A program made the position numbers and the translations under genes. A stretch of 62,900 nt of DNA, counting the filler, from Octopus bimaculoides (lineage: Eukaryota), in NCBI RefSeq assembly GCF_001194135.2. It is 4 parts of 4 records of this genome, joined end to end, with 100 filler letters (N's around TTAATTAATTAA, not from the genome) between each part and the next. Parts side by side here need not be neighbours in the genome. Positions count along the whole stretch, not along the records: positions 31,703 to 58,793 come from NC_068997.1; positions 58,894 to 60,879 come from NW_026387081.1; positions 60,980 to 62,900 come from NC_068993.1; 1 more part is not named here. One strand, given 5' to 3'. This document shows positions 51,650 to 62,900 of the stretch, piece after piece. A model generated the notes under the pieces. It was not told the origin of the DNA. It worked only from the letters and a program-made list of their open reading frames with translations, and made no database searches. Each line of letters opens with the position of its first letter. Within the stretch, counting starts at the first letter, position 1.

Positions 51650-52700
51650 AACATTTCCTGTCATTTGTTGTTGCCATCTTGGTTCACGGAAAGGAGAAAA
51701 ACCGCCTTTGTGGTTTTGCGCGTCGCACGTAAGATGTAGGTCTTCAAATTGTTGACGCTGAAGTGTGGTGAAACATTGATTCTTGTTTGAAGTATGCCCC
51801 ATAAAAAGTAATCGAGAAGGTTGAGATCTGGGCTATTACCGGGACAGATATTCGTCCTCACAAAAAATGGCACATTCTTACCAAGGAAGACCCGTGTTGC
51901 TTTTCACCCATAACATGGTGCAGAATCCTGGATAAGCACCTCGTTGTCAAGCCCAAACTTCTGCTCCATCCAAAACAACAGAGAGTTCTTCAGGATGTCC
52001 AGATACTCCTTTGTGCCGACCTTCAAACCAGACTCAATGAAGTGTGGGTCCATGACACTTTCATCACTCGCCGCGGTTCCAAATACCACCATAGAGCCAG
52101 GGTTCTTAGTATTAAACACAAGGAGGACGCCAGAAAGGTTGTATGCAATCACTCAAGAATTTCTGCGATTCATCTCAACGTCCACAGTGAACTTCATTTC
52201 GTCCACAAACACAAGAGTTTTTTTTTCCTGCACCTTGATGCTTGACGAATGGCAGAAGCTTTGGGCATCTCTCGGCTCTGATTGCTTTGGCCCCTTGGCT
52301 GTTAGGTGGGTGACGGTGTCATGGAACATAGTTATGCCAAGGTTCCTTTTCACAACCCTGGACACCGTGGAAAGGGACACATTGCCTCTGTTTGAAAAGA
52401 GTTGTCATGGATGCGGATGGGTTGGTTTCAACCGAGCGTTTCAGGTCAGTGAGGAACTTTGGTTTGCGCTTGGAATCACTTCGACTTTTGCGTTCTTTTC
52501 TATCAATCTTTACCACTTCTTTAAATTATTTATACATGCAATAAACTGTTGCCTTTGGAAGTTTCGTCAACTTAACAATTTTATTGGCAATGTGCCCGGT
52601 GCATGCCAAAACAATAATGGAGGAACGATTCTGTTGTTCCATGACTTTCTGTTGTTGAATCAGTTCGCTATTTACCTGAAAAATGAAGAGCAGGATAATA
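51650..52700 (-). mobile_element. Frameshifted Tc1/mariner-superfamily (maT/DD37D-like) transposase
   Basis: N-terminal HTH (KLTKLPKATVY; SLSTVSRVVK), VFVDEMKFTVD, VLIQDSAPCYG and GNSPDLNLLDYFLWGILQ across several frames. TIRs not identified. Confidence 0.8.
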
Positions 52701-53006
52701 TTTTCAAGCAAGCAAGGTTTTGTCAAAAGAATGAAACACACAAGCATCCGAACATTACATATATCCAGAATATGACATAATATAATGCAAAAGAAATTCA
52801 TCATCCAGCACAGTCTTTTCTCAAAAGTCAAACCCAATGCAGATAATCATCCAAGGGGTGTCATCCAAGAGTAGCGCCCCTTTATTGTGAATTTCTGTGA
52901 ACTTCCGTGCTCTCACTGAAAATGGAGACGAACACCATATCTCCATGTGATCGGCTTGAAAATTTGTTAGATATTAATGTATTTTCTCAACATGAAACCA
53001 ATGGTG

Positions 53007-53133
53007 GCCTTAATACATACATACATACATACATACATACATACATACATACATACATACAAACAAACAAACAAACATGCATACATACATACATACATAC
53101 ATACACACACACATACATACATACATACATACA

Positions 53134-53164
<31 letters not shown>

Positions 53165-53200
53165 TACACATACATACATACGTACTACACATACACATCC
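53007..53200. repeat. (TACA)n tetranucleotide microsatellite
   Basis: Directly visible. Confidence 0.95.
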
Positions 53201-53537
53201 GCATATATAGGTTAGAGACAGGTGTTCTCTATATAGAATACACATCCTTTTTTAAACTGCATCCTGGCAATACCAAAAAAATGTAAAATTCTCCAATGTA
53301 AAATTCTCCAATGTAAAATTCTCCAAGTAACTATCATTATTCCGATCCACCAAACCCTCAGAAACAGCTGTTGGACTCGTAAAACTCTACCCATTTAACT
53401 CCTGATATCATTTATATTCTCTATGTCAGATTAATTTTTATCCATACACATGTACATTTTTTGTATTAAATGTATTTAATATTCTGTGTAAATCGACTTG
53501 CTTAACTTGCTTGTCATTACATTTACTCGTATGTATG

Positions 53538-53576
<39 letters not shown>

Positions 53577-54404
53577 NNNNNNNNNNNNNNNNNNNNNNNN
53601 NNNNNNNNNNNNNNNNNNNNNNNNNNNNNNNNNNNNNNNNNNNNNNNNNNNNNNNNNNNNNNNNNNNNNNNNNNNNNNNNNNNNNNNNNNNNNNNNNNNN
53701 NNNNNNNNNNNNNNNNNNNNNNNNNNNNNNNNNNNNNNNNNNNNNNNNNNNNNNNNNNNNNNNNNNNNNNNNNNNNNNNNNNNNNNNNNNNNNNNNNNNN
53801 NNNNNNNNNNNNNNNNNNNNNNNNNNNNNNNNNNNNNNNNNNNNNNNNNNNNNNNNNNNNNNNNNNNNNNNNNNNNNNNNNNNNNNNNNNNNNNNNNNNN
53901 NNNNNNNNNNNNNNNNNNNNNNNNNNNNNNNNNNNNNNNNNNNNNNNNNNNNNNNNNNNNNNNNNNNNNNNNNNNNNNNNNNNNNNNNNNNNNNNNNNNN
54001 NNNNNNNNNNNNNNNNNNNNNNNNNNNNNNNNNNNNNNNNNNNNNNNNNNNNNNNNNNNNNNNNNNNNNNNNNNNNNNNNNNNNNNNNNNNNNNNNNNNN
54101 NNNNNNNNNNNNNNNNNNNNNNNNNNNNNNNNNNNNNNNNNNNNNNNNNNNNNNNNNNNNNNNNNNNNNNNNNNNNNNNNNNNNNNNNNNNNNNNNNNNN
54201 NNNNNNNNNNNNNNNNNNNNNNNNNNNNNNNNNNNNNNNNNNNNNNNNNNNNNNNNNNNNNNNNNNNNNNNNNNNNNNNNNNNNNNNNNNNNNNNNNNNN
54301 NNNNNNNNNNNNNNNNNNNNNNNNNNNNNNNNNNNNNNNNNNNNNNNNNNNNNNNNNNNNNNNNNNNNNNNNNNNNNNNNNNNNNNNNNNNNNNNNNNNN
54401 NNNN

Positions 54405-54472
<68 letters not shown>

Positions 54473-54711
54473 GAATAGTTAGTTTAAAGCATTGTGTGGA
54501 ATATATTATATAAAATTAGTGTGTAAGGCCGGAACAATGCGAAATAAATCCAAGGCAGATCACAAGGAAACAGGCATGTGAATCAATCGTGACTTACCCT
54601 GCATTCGATATTTCAGGGTTATGACTACAGGAGTTAGCGAATGTTGCAAATGTAACCCTCTTCTTATATATAAAAATACATCCTATAAATATATACATAG
54701 ACAAACAGACT

Positions 54712-54749
<38 letters not shown>

Positions 54750-55019
54750 TAGCTAGATAGACAGATAGATATAACATCTATTAATGTGAAGTATTTATTT
54801 ATGCGTGACTATATATTTTGCATAATATGTTTTCTTTTCTACCTCTAATGGATTACATTGATTTGGTTTCAAAGTTACAGCCTTACACGCAAACCAACAG
54901 AATAATAAAGATAACGAAAGTGTTTGAAATCAACATTATATCAATTGCGTTATTGTGTTTCAAACGCATATTTTATTTTAGGAAGCCATTTTTTGTATTT
55001 ATAGTTTTTATTAATTAAA

Positions 55020-57340
55020 GTCATCGTCAGGACCTACTGGGACTCGGGAGAGAGGAGTTACAACTACTAGGTAGATGTTGAACAAAACAGGGGCGAGGAC
55101 GAAGCCCTGTTTGACTCCCGATTGAATATCGAATTGTTATGAAAATGCTCCACCGAGAGAGAGACTCTGGCTAGCATTTCGTCTTGGAATTTGTGGATGA
55201 GAATTAAAGCGGTTGGAGGACAGCCGAATTTTGTAAGGAGTTTCCATAAAATTTAATGATTAACGGTTTCAAAAATCTGTGTCAAATCGATGAAAGCAAT
55301 TTTCATTTATTTTTCTTTTGTAAATGCAAATCATATCGGCATTTTCTAGCGCTCAGGAATATTTTTGTTTTTCCAGTAGAGGAATAGGAAAGAGTGAAGA
55401 TATGACTCAAGTAACGGTCCACCGTATTTGTAAGCCTCTCTAAGTACAATGTGTTCTTCAGAGGATTTCTTATTCTTTAGGGAATGCAGGGCGTTTGAAA
55501 CTTCGTCTTGACTGCATTTAGCATCTACTTCTTTGATGAATGGAAGTGTTGGAAGCTCATCTAAAATCGACGTATCATTTAGGTTGACTGTTCAGGAGAT
55601 TTTGGAATGTTCAGCCCATCGTTCAAGAATCTTATCTTTAAGTATTGCCGTCAACGGCACGGGCAGGTGCAATCGGGCATTGCGGAAGACCGAAGATATG
55701 TTTGATCGAGTTGTAGAATTCGTAAGTTGTATTTTCGTCAGCCAAACGTTGGATCTCTTCGGAGTTGCGGAGCCACCAGACATTTTTGCTTCAGAAGCCA
55801 CTTTGGGGCTAAGGTACATGAACAAGAATTTGTGAGGTGGACGCTATGAGGATGGTTTTTCGTCTGCAAAAGGGTTTGGATGATTTCTGCAGATTCATTA
55901 AACAAATCAAGGTTCTTCATGTGGGTTTTTCCAAGGGTGGATTCAGTGGTTTGTCGAATGATGGACATGGCAGAGTCCCAGAGTGAATTGAATTCATTCT
56001 GTTCGACCTCGATTTGTTCAATATCATTCTCAATGTTATTTTCCATATTGCGATGGAGTTTTTTTGGAACTGGAAGAGCTGGAAGAAGAGAGAAGGCAGC
56101 AGCGAGGTTTTCTTGAAGCCTATCTTGTTTCATTGTGCTGGAAAAACAGACCACATTGAGTTTGGGAAACGCTTTGCTTTTCCTGGCCGGAGGGCCGATC
56201 TGAAGACACATACATGCGGTGATCGGTCCAACATTCTGCACCACGCATATATTTGATATGGAGGACAACTTTCTGATCGTGTTGACGAACGCTCACGTAA
56301 TCGAGAGGATGCCACATCTTGGAGCGAAGGTGTCTCCAGTAGAACTTGTATTTATTGGGCTGCTGAAAAATGGTCTTCGTAATCACGAGATTGTGCTCAG
56401 CACACAGGCTCAAAAGGCGAAGATCATTGGTATTCATTTTGCCTATCCAATGAGAACCAAGAACTCTGGACCAGATGTTTACATTGGAACCGACTCTAGC
56501 ACTGAAGTCACCAAGAAGAATACCTTTGTCTGTGCGAGGTATCCTTCTCTAAAAGGAGTTAAGAGACTCGTAGAAGGTGTCTTTTGTGTCTTTAATAGTG
56601 TCTAATGTTGGGGAATAGACACTGAAGATAGTGGCGTGCACTTTGTTACTGAGGAGAATTCGGAAAGTCATCAGCCTTTCCCTTATATCGGTTGCAACCG
56701 AAGAGATGTTCTCCAGTAATGACGGACGAACAGTAAATCCGACACCATGAATTCTATTATTGCCTTGAGGAAGCCTTTCTAGAAGTACATGTATCCCAGT
56801 GAGAAAGCCTTCATCAGGAAATCTTGTTTCGCTGAGTGCGGCGATATCCACATTGTATCATTTCAGTTCAGAGGCGATGAGCGCGGCCCAACAGTGGGGC
56901 CGATCGTGGTCATCATGGTGTATCAAGGTTCGTATGTTGCAAGTAGCAAAAATTTGAGGCCTTGAGGATTTTTCTTTTAATCATCGACTACGGTGCGATT
57001 TCCTGGCTAGGCGAAAAAGGATTGCGTCTATTAGACCACGTTTCATAGGCCCCTCTTCAGATGAGGCAGGCTGCGAGTTCTAAAAAGGTCCACCTGGCCA
57101 AACAGGTAGAACACGAATCGATGTGCAGTCCCAGGCTCACATCGGGTCGGCCGTCTTGCCTGCGTCCCCTATGTGCAGGATCCAGACTAAGGGCTTATAG
57201 CATCATACAGTTCCTGCTCCCGTCATCTGTTGCTCATTGCTGTAGGACTTAGTTGGGGAGAAGTTGAGATAAGAGGTGTGAGAACAAAACTTGCGCAGCG
57301 GAGTTGATTAGGGTGGTAATAGGGGCACGCAGCCCCATTC
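55020..57340 (-). mobile_element. Decayed RTE-clade LINE (5' UTR, APE endonuclease, RT N-terminal part)
   Basis: DIAALSETRFPDEG...HGVGF, LCAEHNLVITKTIFQ...WRH.RSKMWH.LDYV, WTDHR and IAFIDLTQIFETVN, all typical RTE/BovB-like motifs. Confidence 0.85.
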
Positions 57341-57486
57341 GCTTGCACTTCACTCTTTCTAACCTCGATCCACGGCACCTTCATTGAAATTTCAACATCA
57401 TGTATGTATGTATATATGTATGTATGTATGTTTAATGTATGTAATCTCATGCATATAGTTGCACATCTGGACATGCTCATATATAT

Positions 57487-58540
57487 TTAAATGATAAACT
57501 TCTGGAGAGTTTTACAATTTTTTACAGTTCTAGTGATGGATTGGATCTGTAGTTTTCGAATTAGCTTTTTCTTTTCTGGTTTTGAGAAGCCTAATTTCTC
57601 AAGAATGGTATTTAGGCAGTGTATTGCATATCCCAGTGTCCCAATAATTACAGGTATAAACCTGAACTTGTAATCTGGATAGAGTAACTGCAGATTTTTC
57701 AATAGCTCAACATAGGTGTTCTCTTTTTCACTTATCTTCAGCTTTATGTTAACATCCGCTGGGCAGCTAATTTCCACAAGTGTGCATAGTTTCTCTTCTC
57801 TATCCCAAACCGCTATATCAGGTCTGGTGTGCTTACATTTTATTGAGGTCTTCACTGGGACGTTTCACCAGTATTCCTTTACATTTTTATTGTTAGTCGC
57901 TATGGCTTATACCATAATGCGGGTTCTTATTTCTTTGTTCTCAGAGTTATCTTTCCGACGGATTTCATTAGAGAGTGTTCTAGCTACAAAATCATGTCTC
58001 ATCAGTAGATGATATCGTGATGACATTTTCGGACAACTGCTTATGATATGCGTGACATCTTCAGTATGAAGTTCACAGAGTCTGCATCGGTTGTCACATC
58101 TTACGGTTTTTCTTGCATCTCTATCCCTTTATGCATCAGGTACCTAGTTGATATTTTCTGTTCCTGGATTGCAAACACATAGCCTTGAAAGTGGGTGGTA
58201 GTAATTCGACTATCAATCCATGATAAACTGCTTTGATGTTCGAGGTTACTATCATCACGGAGCTTTCTACTGACATATCCATGCAGTCTTCTGCTCATAT
58301 AGGTTCATCCTTTCATCTGATGATATGCTGCGGTAGAGTCGTGCATGTATTCTAGGTTATCAGACAAAGAGTGTTACTCAAGGAACTGCCTTCCAAGTCT
58401 TATGATGTTATCAGCCTCATGTATGCAAACTTGGTCAAGGGATGCACTTCGACACTTGATGGCTAGAAAATGTTACCGAAGGGAAATGATGCGACATTCA
58501 AAGGCATTTTGGATCGATGTTTAGCCTCGTATGTATGACT
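57487..58540 (-). mobile_element. R4/Dong-like LINE 3' part (CCHC plus RLE)
   Basis: CRLCELHTEDVTHIISSCPKMS...RHDFVA, and KHTRPDIAVWDREEKLCTLVEISCPADVN...KENTY...FIPVIIGTLG. Confidence 0.85.
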
Positions 58541-58793
58541 GTATGTATGAATCCGTAAAAAGCATACTCATCAGTCAGAAAATTGTCAATAACCTGAGTT
58601 GAACAATAGTAACTTATACCTTTTTTTTTTTTTCACGAGTTGCACAAAAACTTCCTTGTTAGTTTGACTGTGTAAATTTTAAAATTAATATTATGCATTT
58701 AAAACCCAAATTACCTCCCTTTATATTGAAGCCGGAGTTATTTCTCTTGTAGAGGAAGTTAATTCACTAAGCGAGATAACTGATGGTGATTAA

Positions 58794-58893
58794 NNNNNNN
58801 NNNNNNNNNNNNNNNNNNNNNNNNNNNNNNNNNNNNNTTAATTAATTAANNNNNNNNNNNNNNNNNNNNNNNNNNNNNNNNNNNNNNNNNNNN
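58794..58893. other. Artificial scaffold spacer N44-TTAATTAATTAA-N44
   Basis: Identical 100-bp structure to 31603-31702. Confidence 0.95.
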
Positions 58894-59824
58894 TCATACC
58901 ATTGATGTCCAGAGCTGATAACAGGTTTTGTTGTTGAAATCATTCTAGGTCTGTAGAAAGTTTACGTCTCACGTAAACTTACCAATATTTTGGTAACTTA
59001 GTTACCTTATTCGTCAAGAAACAACAAAAGCTGACAAGCAGCACTGTCTGAAGCCACCTTTCTGCCAATTCTTTAATTCCACGAGGCGAAGAACCCCTTC
59101 TCTGAAGTTTCCATATCCGCTTGGTTGATGAAATGCCGTGAGCGAAAGCGGTGAGCCATTGATCAGAACAAGTTAAAATCCAAAGGAGCCAGGTCACAAA
59201 TACACATAACCTAGCACGGCGGACATCTACCCAATAGTCCCTTTTCAACCACCCCAATAAAGGACTCCGCACATATTGTACCCCTACAGACACTCTATGC
59301 ATACATAAATGCTCCAAAAATTTAACCAAAACATAAAAGAAAGAAAACACACTAACGAACACACAAATGCGTATGCGGCCTTTGGGCACCCCTCCCCACG
59401 AAACGCTGCACATTCCATTTCTACAAGAATACCAACCTTAATAATTCACACATTTCCCATACACTCTTTTCCAGAAAACTTTTGTCACCCTGCAACACGC
59501 CCAGAGATTGTGTTTAGGTACCAAAGGACATAACTCTCAACTGAACTCTTACTCAGTTCGTTTCATCATCTCTTTCACAGCAGCCACAATCCGGATGTGT
59601 CACCTTCAACAATAGAGAGCAGTCGCCATATTTCATTCCATAACTGCCATCACTGGAGAACTCAGTGTTACATAATCGGGCTGTTACCTAACACTCTGTT
59701 GAACCTCTTCAACCTCTAGCGTGACACCGATCGGTAAGATCGGCCACAATAGGTACTTAATACTGTTCGCTTCGATTAATATTTATTATTAATATATGAA
59801 ACAAGTAAAAGACTATATACATAA

Positions 59825-60240
59825 GCGCAAGCGTGGATCTGTTGTAGGAATCTTGCCTCCCAACCACATGGTTCCAGGTTCAGTCCCACTTCGTGGAACC
59901 TTGGGCAAGTGTCTTCTAATATAGCCTTGGGCCGACCAAAGTATTGTGAGTGGATTTGGTAGGTGGAAACTGAAAGAAGCCCGTCATATATATATATATG
60001 TGTGTGTGTGTGTGTTTGTGTGTTTGTCACTCCATCACCTCTTGATAATCAGTGTTGGTTTATTTACGTCCCCGTAATCTAGCAGTTCGGCAAAAGACCC
60101 CGATAGATACAGTTGTAGGCTTAAGAAATAACTTCTGGGATCAATTTGTTCGACTAAAACCGCTTCAAGGCGGTGCTGCAATATTGTCGCAGTCTAATGA
60201 CTGAAGCAAGTAAAAGAATAAAAGAATAATAGAATAAAAG
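59825..60240 (+). mobile_element. Full-length tRNA-derived SINE
   Basis: Same family as 12571 and 20235; ends in an (AAAAGAAT)n tail. Confidence 0.85.
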
Positions 60241-60879
60241 AATAAAAGTACATAAGAATATACTTACAAGATATCAGATTCTTGACACTTTGTACAATTT
60301 ATCAACAAAACAAGTTGAATAAACTTTAAGTGTATCCGTACTCTTGTACGTACTTCTCTGTCTGTGAATATATGTGCGTGTGTGTATTTGACGTAGTTTT
60401 GTGTGTGTACGTGTGGATGATTCACATATATGATATACGCGTGTGTATGTGTGTGTATGCGTGTGTGTGTGTGTGTGTGTGTGTGCGTGCGTGCGTGTAT
60501 TTGACGTAGTTTTGTGTGTGTGTGTGAGTGTGTGTTTGTGTGTCTGTGTCTGTGTCTGCTAATAGAAGAAATTCGCTTGTTAGAAAAATCCCAGAATATT
60601 TTAATCAATTCAGTCGATGCCAGTAAAATATTTTTGCAATAGAGTCAATCATATAGAGTTCTCTTACTGTCAAACACTAACCTGGATAAATGAACGCTCG
60701 TTTGTCGACGTCCTCACCACTTTTCTCACCCAATCTAACTTCCTATGACATATGTAAATACTATAGATCTACTTGACCAGAGCTTACCTGAGGCTAAAAC
60801 ACAAACAGAAACGTCAATCTAGCAGATCAAGGTGGTCCATAACTCCATAACAATAACAAGAAAAATAAAGGAACTGAGA

Positions 60880-60979
60880 NNNNNNNNNNNNNNNNNNNNN
60901 NNNNNNNNNNNNNNNNNNNNNNNTTAATTAATTAANNNNNNNNNNNNNNNNNNNNNNNNNNNNNNNNNNNNNNNNNNNN
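60880..60979. other. Artificial scaffold spacer N44-TTAATTAATTAA-N44
   Basis: Identical 100-bp structure to 31603-31702. Confidence 0.95.
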
Positions 60980-61068
<89 letters not shown>

Positions 61069-62182
61069 TTGGTACTATTTTGCGTACCAGGTTTTGTTTT
61101 GTTTTTTTTGTTTTTTTTTGTTCAAGACCAACACGCAAAATACATCAATAACACTTAAACCGCTTTGAATAAACTAACCAACCTAACGGCTGTCTTATTC
61201 AACCCATAAAAATGTATAAATAGAGAAACATACACATAAATGCCGAGCAAGAACACATACAAGCTTATTGAAATTAATATCTACCGATATGAATCAACAC
61301 TGGTATTGCTGTCTATTTGTGCGCAATACATAAAAGCAAGTCCATAGGGAATAGCCTTATGATTAGTTCATACACATGTATGTATATATAATACATACAT
61401 GTATATAGGTATATAAATACATATATGCGATATAATACATTACATACATACATATATATATATATGTGTAAGAAAGAATCTCCACTTCTATCACACTTCC
61501 AAACGAAGTCAAAACGATTGGTCATAATCGAAAGGAGTAAAAAACGAACTTCAACAATATTTTTAAAAGAGTGGTTGTACCAACGAACTTTAGCTTTCAG
61601 GATAGCGTTTTCTCAGCTCAGCTATTCCAGCTTTCTCAAGTTTTCTCTTCAGATTTTGTAGCATATATCTAATATTATCAAACTGGTAATACTTTATTAT
61701 GTATATAAAAAAATATACATTAGCAAATAAGTAACGAGAAAGTAGTTCATTACGAATGGTAAATTAATTGAAAATATAATTGGTTTGCTAGGTTTTTATT
61801 CAGTTGCACACGTTGTTTTAACCCGTTTTCATTTACAAGGTGTGGTAAAAAAAATTCACATTATCTATATGAAGACACCGCTTTCACCAACCTAAGCGCA
61901 TACACTATGTGAAGTTCTCTTCTTGCGCGGTGTGGCTGTTTGTTAAGAAGTATATGGGTACAGGACGTCACAAACAGTGCAAATAGCACGAAATACGTAA
62001 ACAAACAAGTTAAATACGTAAACAACGAGAAAAAATGGAAAACAGGAGAAGTAAACACGGAAAGGACCTTTCATCGGTTGTCGGTTGTCTATCTACTCCT
62101 CATTTCGAGCATTCAACGACAATATGAGTCTTCAAAGACAGTTGCTCCCGAAGAATTTGCACCGGATGTTTTGCAGAGTTTT

Positions 62183-62786
62183 GAATTAGGTACTTTAGTT
62201 GAAGCACCGAAAATTAGTCCGGTATTATTCGTACAACTTCAAAATAAGGGGAATAAAATCAAAATAAGCAACAGGATATCCAGAGGTGATGCAGTACGAC
62301 CGTTTCAAACAGCTCCATCTAATTGAACAATGCAATCATTGCATCAATCTAAATGCAGGGCTATCTTCAGCTGCATAAATAAATAAATAGAATTTTTTTA
62401 AGCAGTCGGACACATTTGTATAATTTTACTTAAATCCTCTAAGAGGGTAAGAAGACAAAGTCCATGCTGTTGTCACTTGAGCGTAGAAGTGACAACAGCA
62501 TGGACTTTGTCTGTCTTCTTACCCTCTTAGAGGATTTAAGTAAAATTATACAAATGTGTCCGACTGCTTAAAAAGATTCTATTTAATTACTTATGCAGCT
62601 GAGGACAGTCCTGCATTTAAATTCACGTAATCATTACATTGATCAATTAGATGGAGCTGCTTGAAACGGTCGTACTGCATCACCTCTGGATATCCTGTTG
62701 CTTATTTTCATTTTATTCCCCTCATTTTGAAGTTGCACGAATAATACCGCACTAATTTTCAGTGCTTCAACTTAAGTACCAAATTC
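62183..62786. repeat. Long inverted repeat (palindrome), ~300-bp arms with an 8-nt loop
   Basis: Arms 62183-62478 and 62487-62786 are reverse complements around the loop GAGCGTAG (62479-62486). Confidence 0.95.
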
Positions 62787-62849
62787 ATCTGGATCTCAAT
62801 TATTTCGCTATACATACATATATATATATATATGGACACACACACACAT

Positions 62850-62900
<51 letters not shown>

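Noticed and set aside
53281-53326. Three 15-bp direct repeats (ATGTAAAATTCTCCA) as a CRISPR-like or coding repeat
   Set aside because: Head-to-tail with no spacers; an ordinary short tandem duplication.
7213-54513. Very long ORFs of 150-520 aa in the track
   Set aside because: They consist mainly of X from N gaps plus YI/HT/CV microsatellite translation. Only the zinc-knuckle part of 39483-41048 is informative.

Overview
AT-rich, repeat-dense, gapped animal genomic DNA. The SINE families and the (TA)n/(CA)n/(TACA)n/(TAG)n microsatellite load point to an octopod cephalopod draft assembly (inference from recall, not verified). Most of the window is microsatellite, SINEs and decayed transposons: several LINE clades (RLE-type HERO-like and R4/Dong-like, RTE, L1/Tx1-like), Penelope-like GIY-YIG elements, Tc1/mariner, Tigger/pogo, hAT and a probable solo LTR. 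Most long ORFs in the supplied track are N-gap or microsatellite artefacts. The host-gene signal is a pair of divergently oriented candidate genes for small Cys-rich PAN/Apple-domain proteins. The + strand gene can be assembled by hand from three in-frame, phase-1 GT-AG exons (42893-43123 PAN, 44546-44641 linker, 46574-46764 PAN plus stop) followed by AATAAA. The - strand gene has a PAN exon (36534-36277) and a candidate 36-nt micro-exon (37095-37060). Neither start/signal-peptide exon could be located. Other notable structures are a ~600-bp palindrome at 62183-62786, decayed hammerhead-ribozyme-like motifs next to Penelope-type sequence, an unclassified decayed coding relic at ~47.3-49.6 kb, and three artificial 100-bp scaffold spacers (N44-TTAATTAATTAA-N44).
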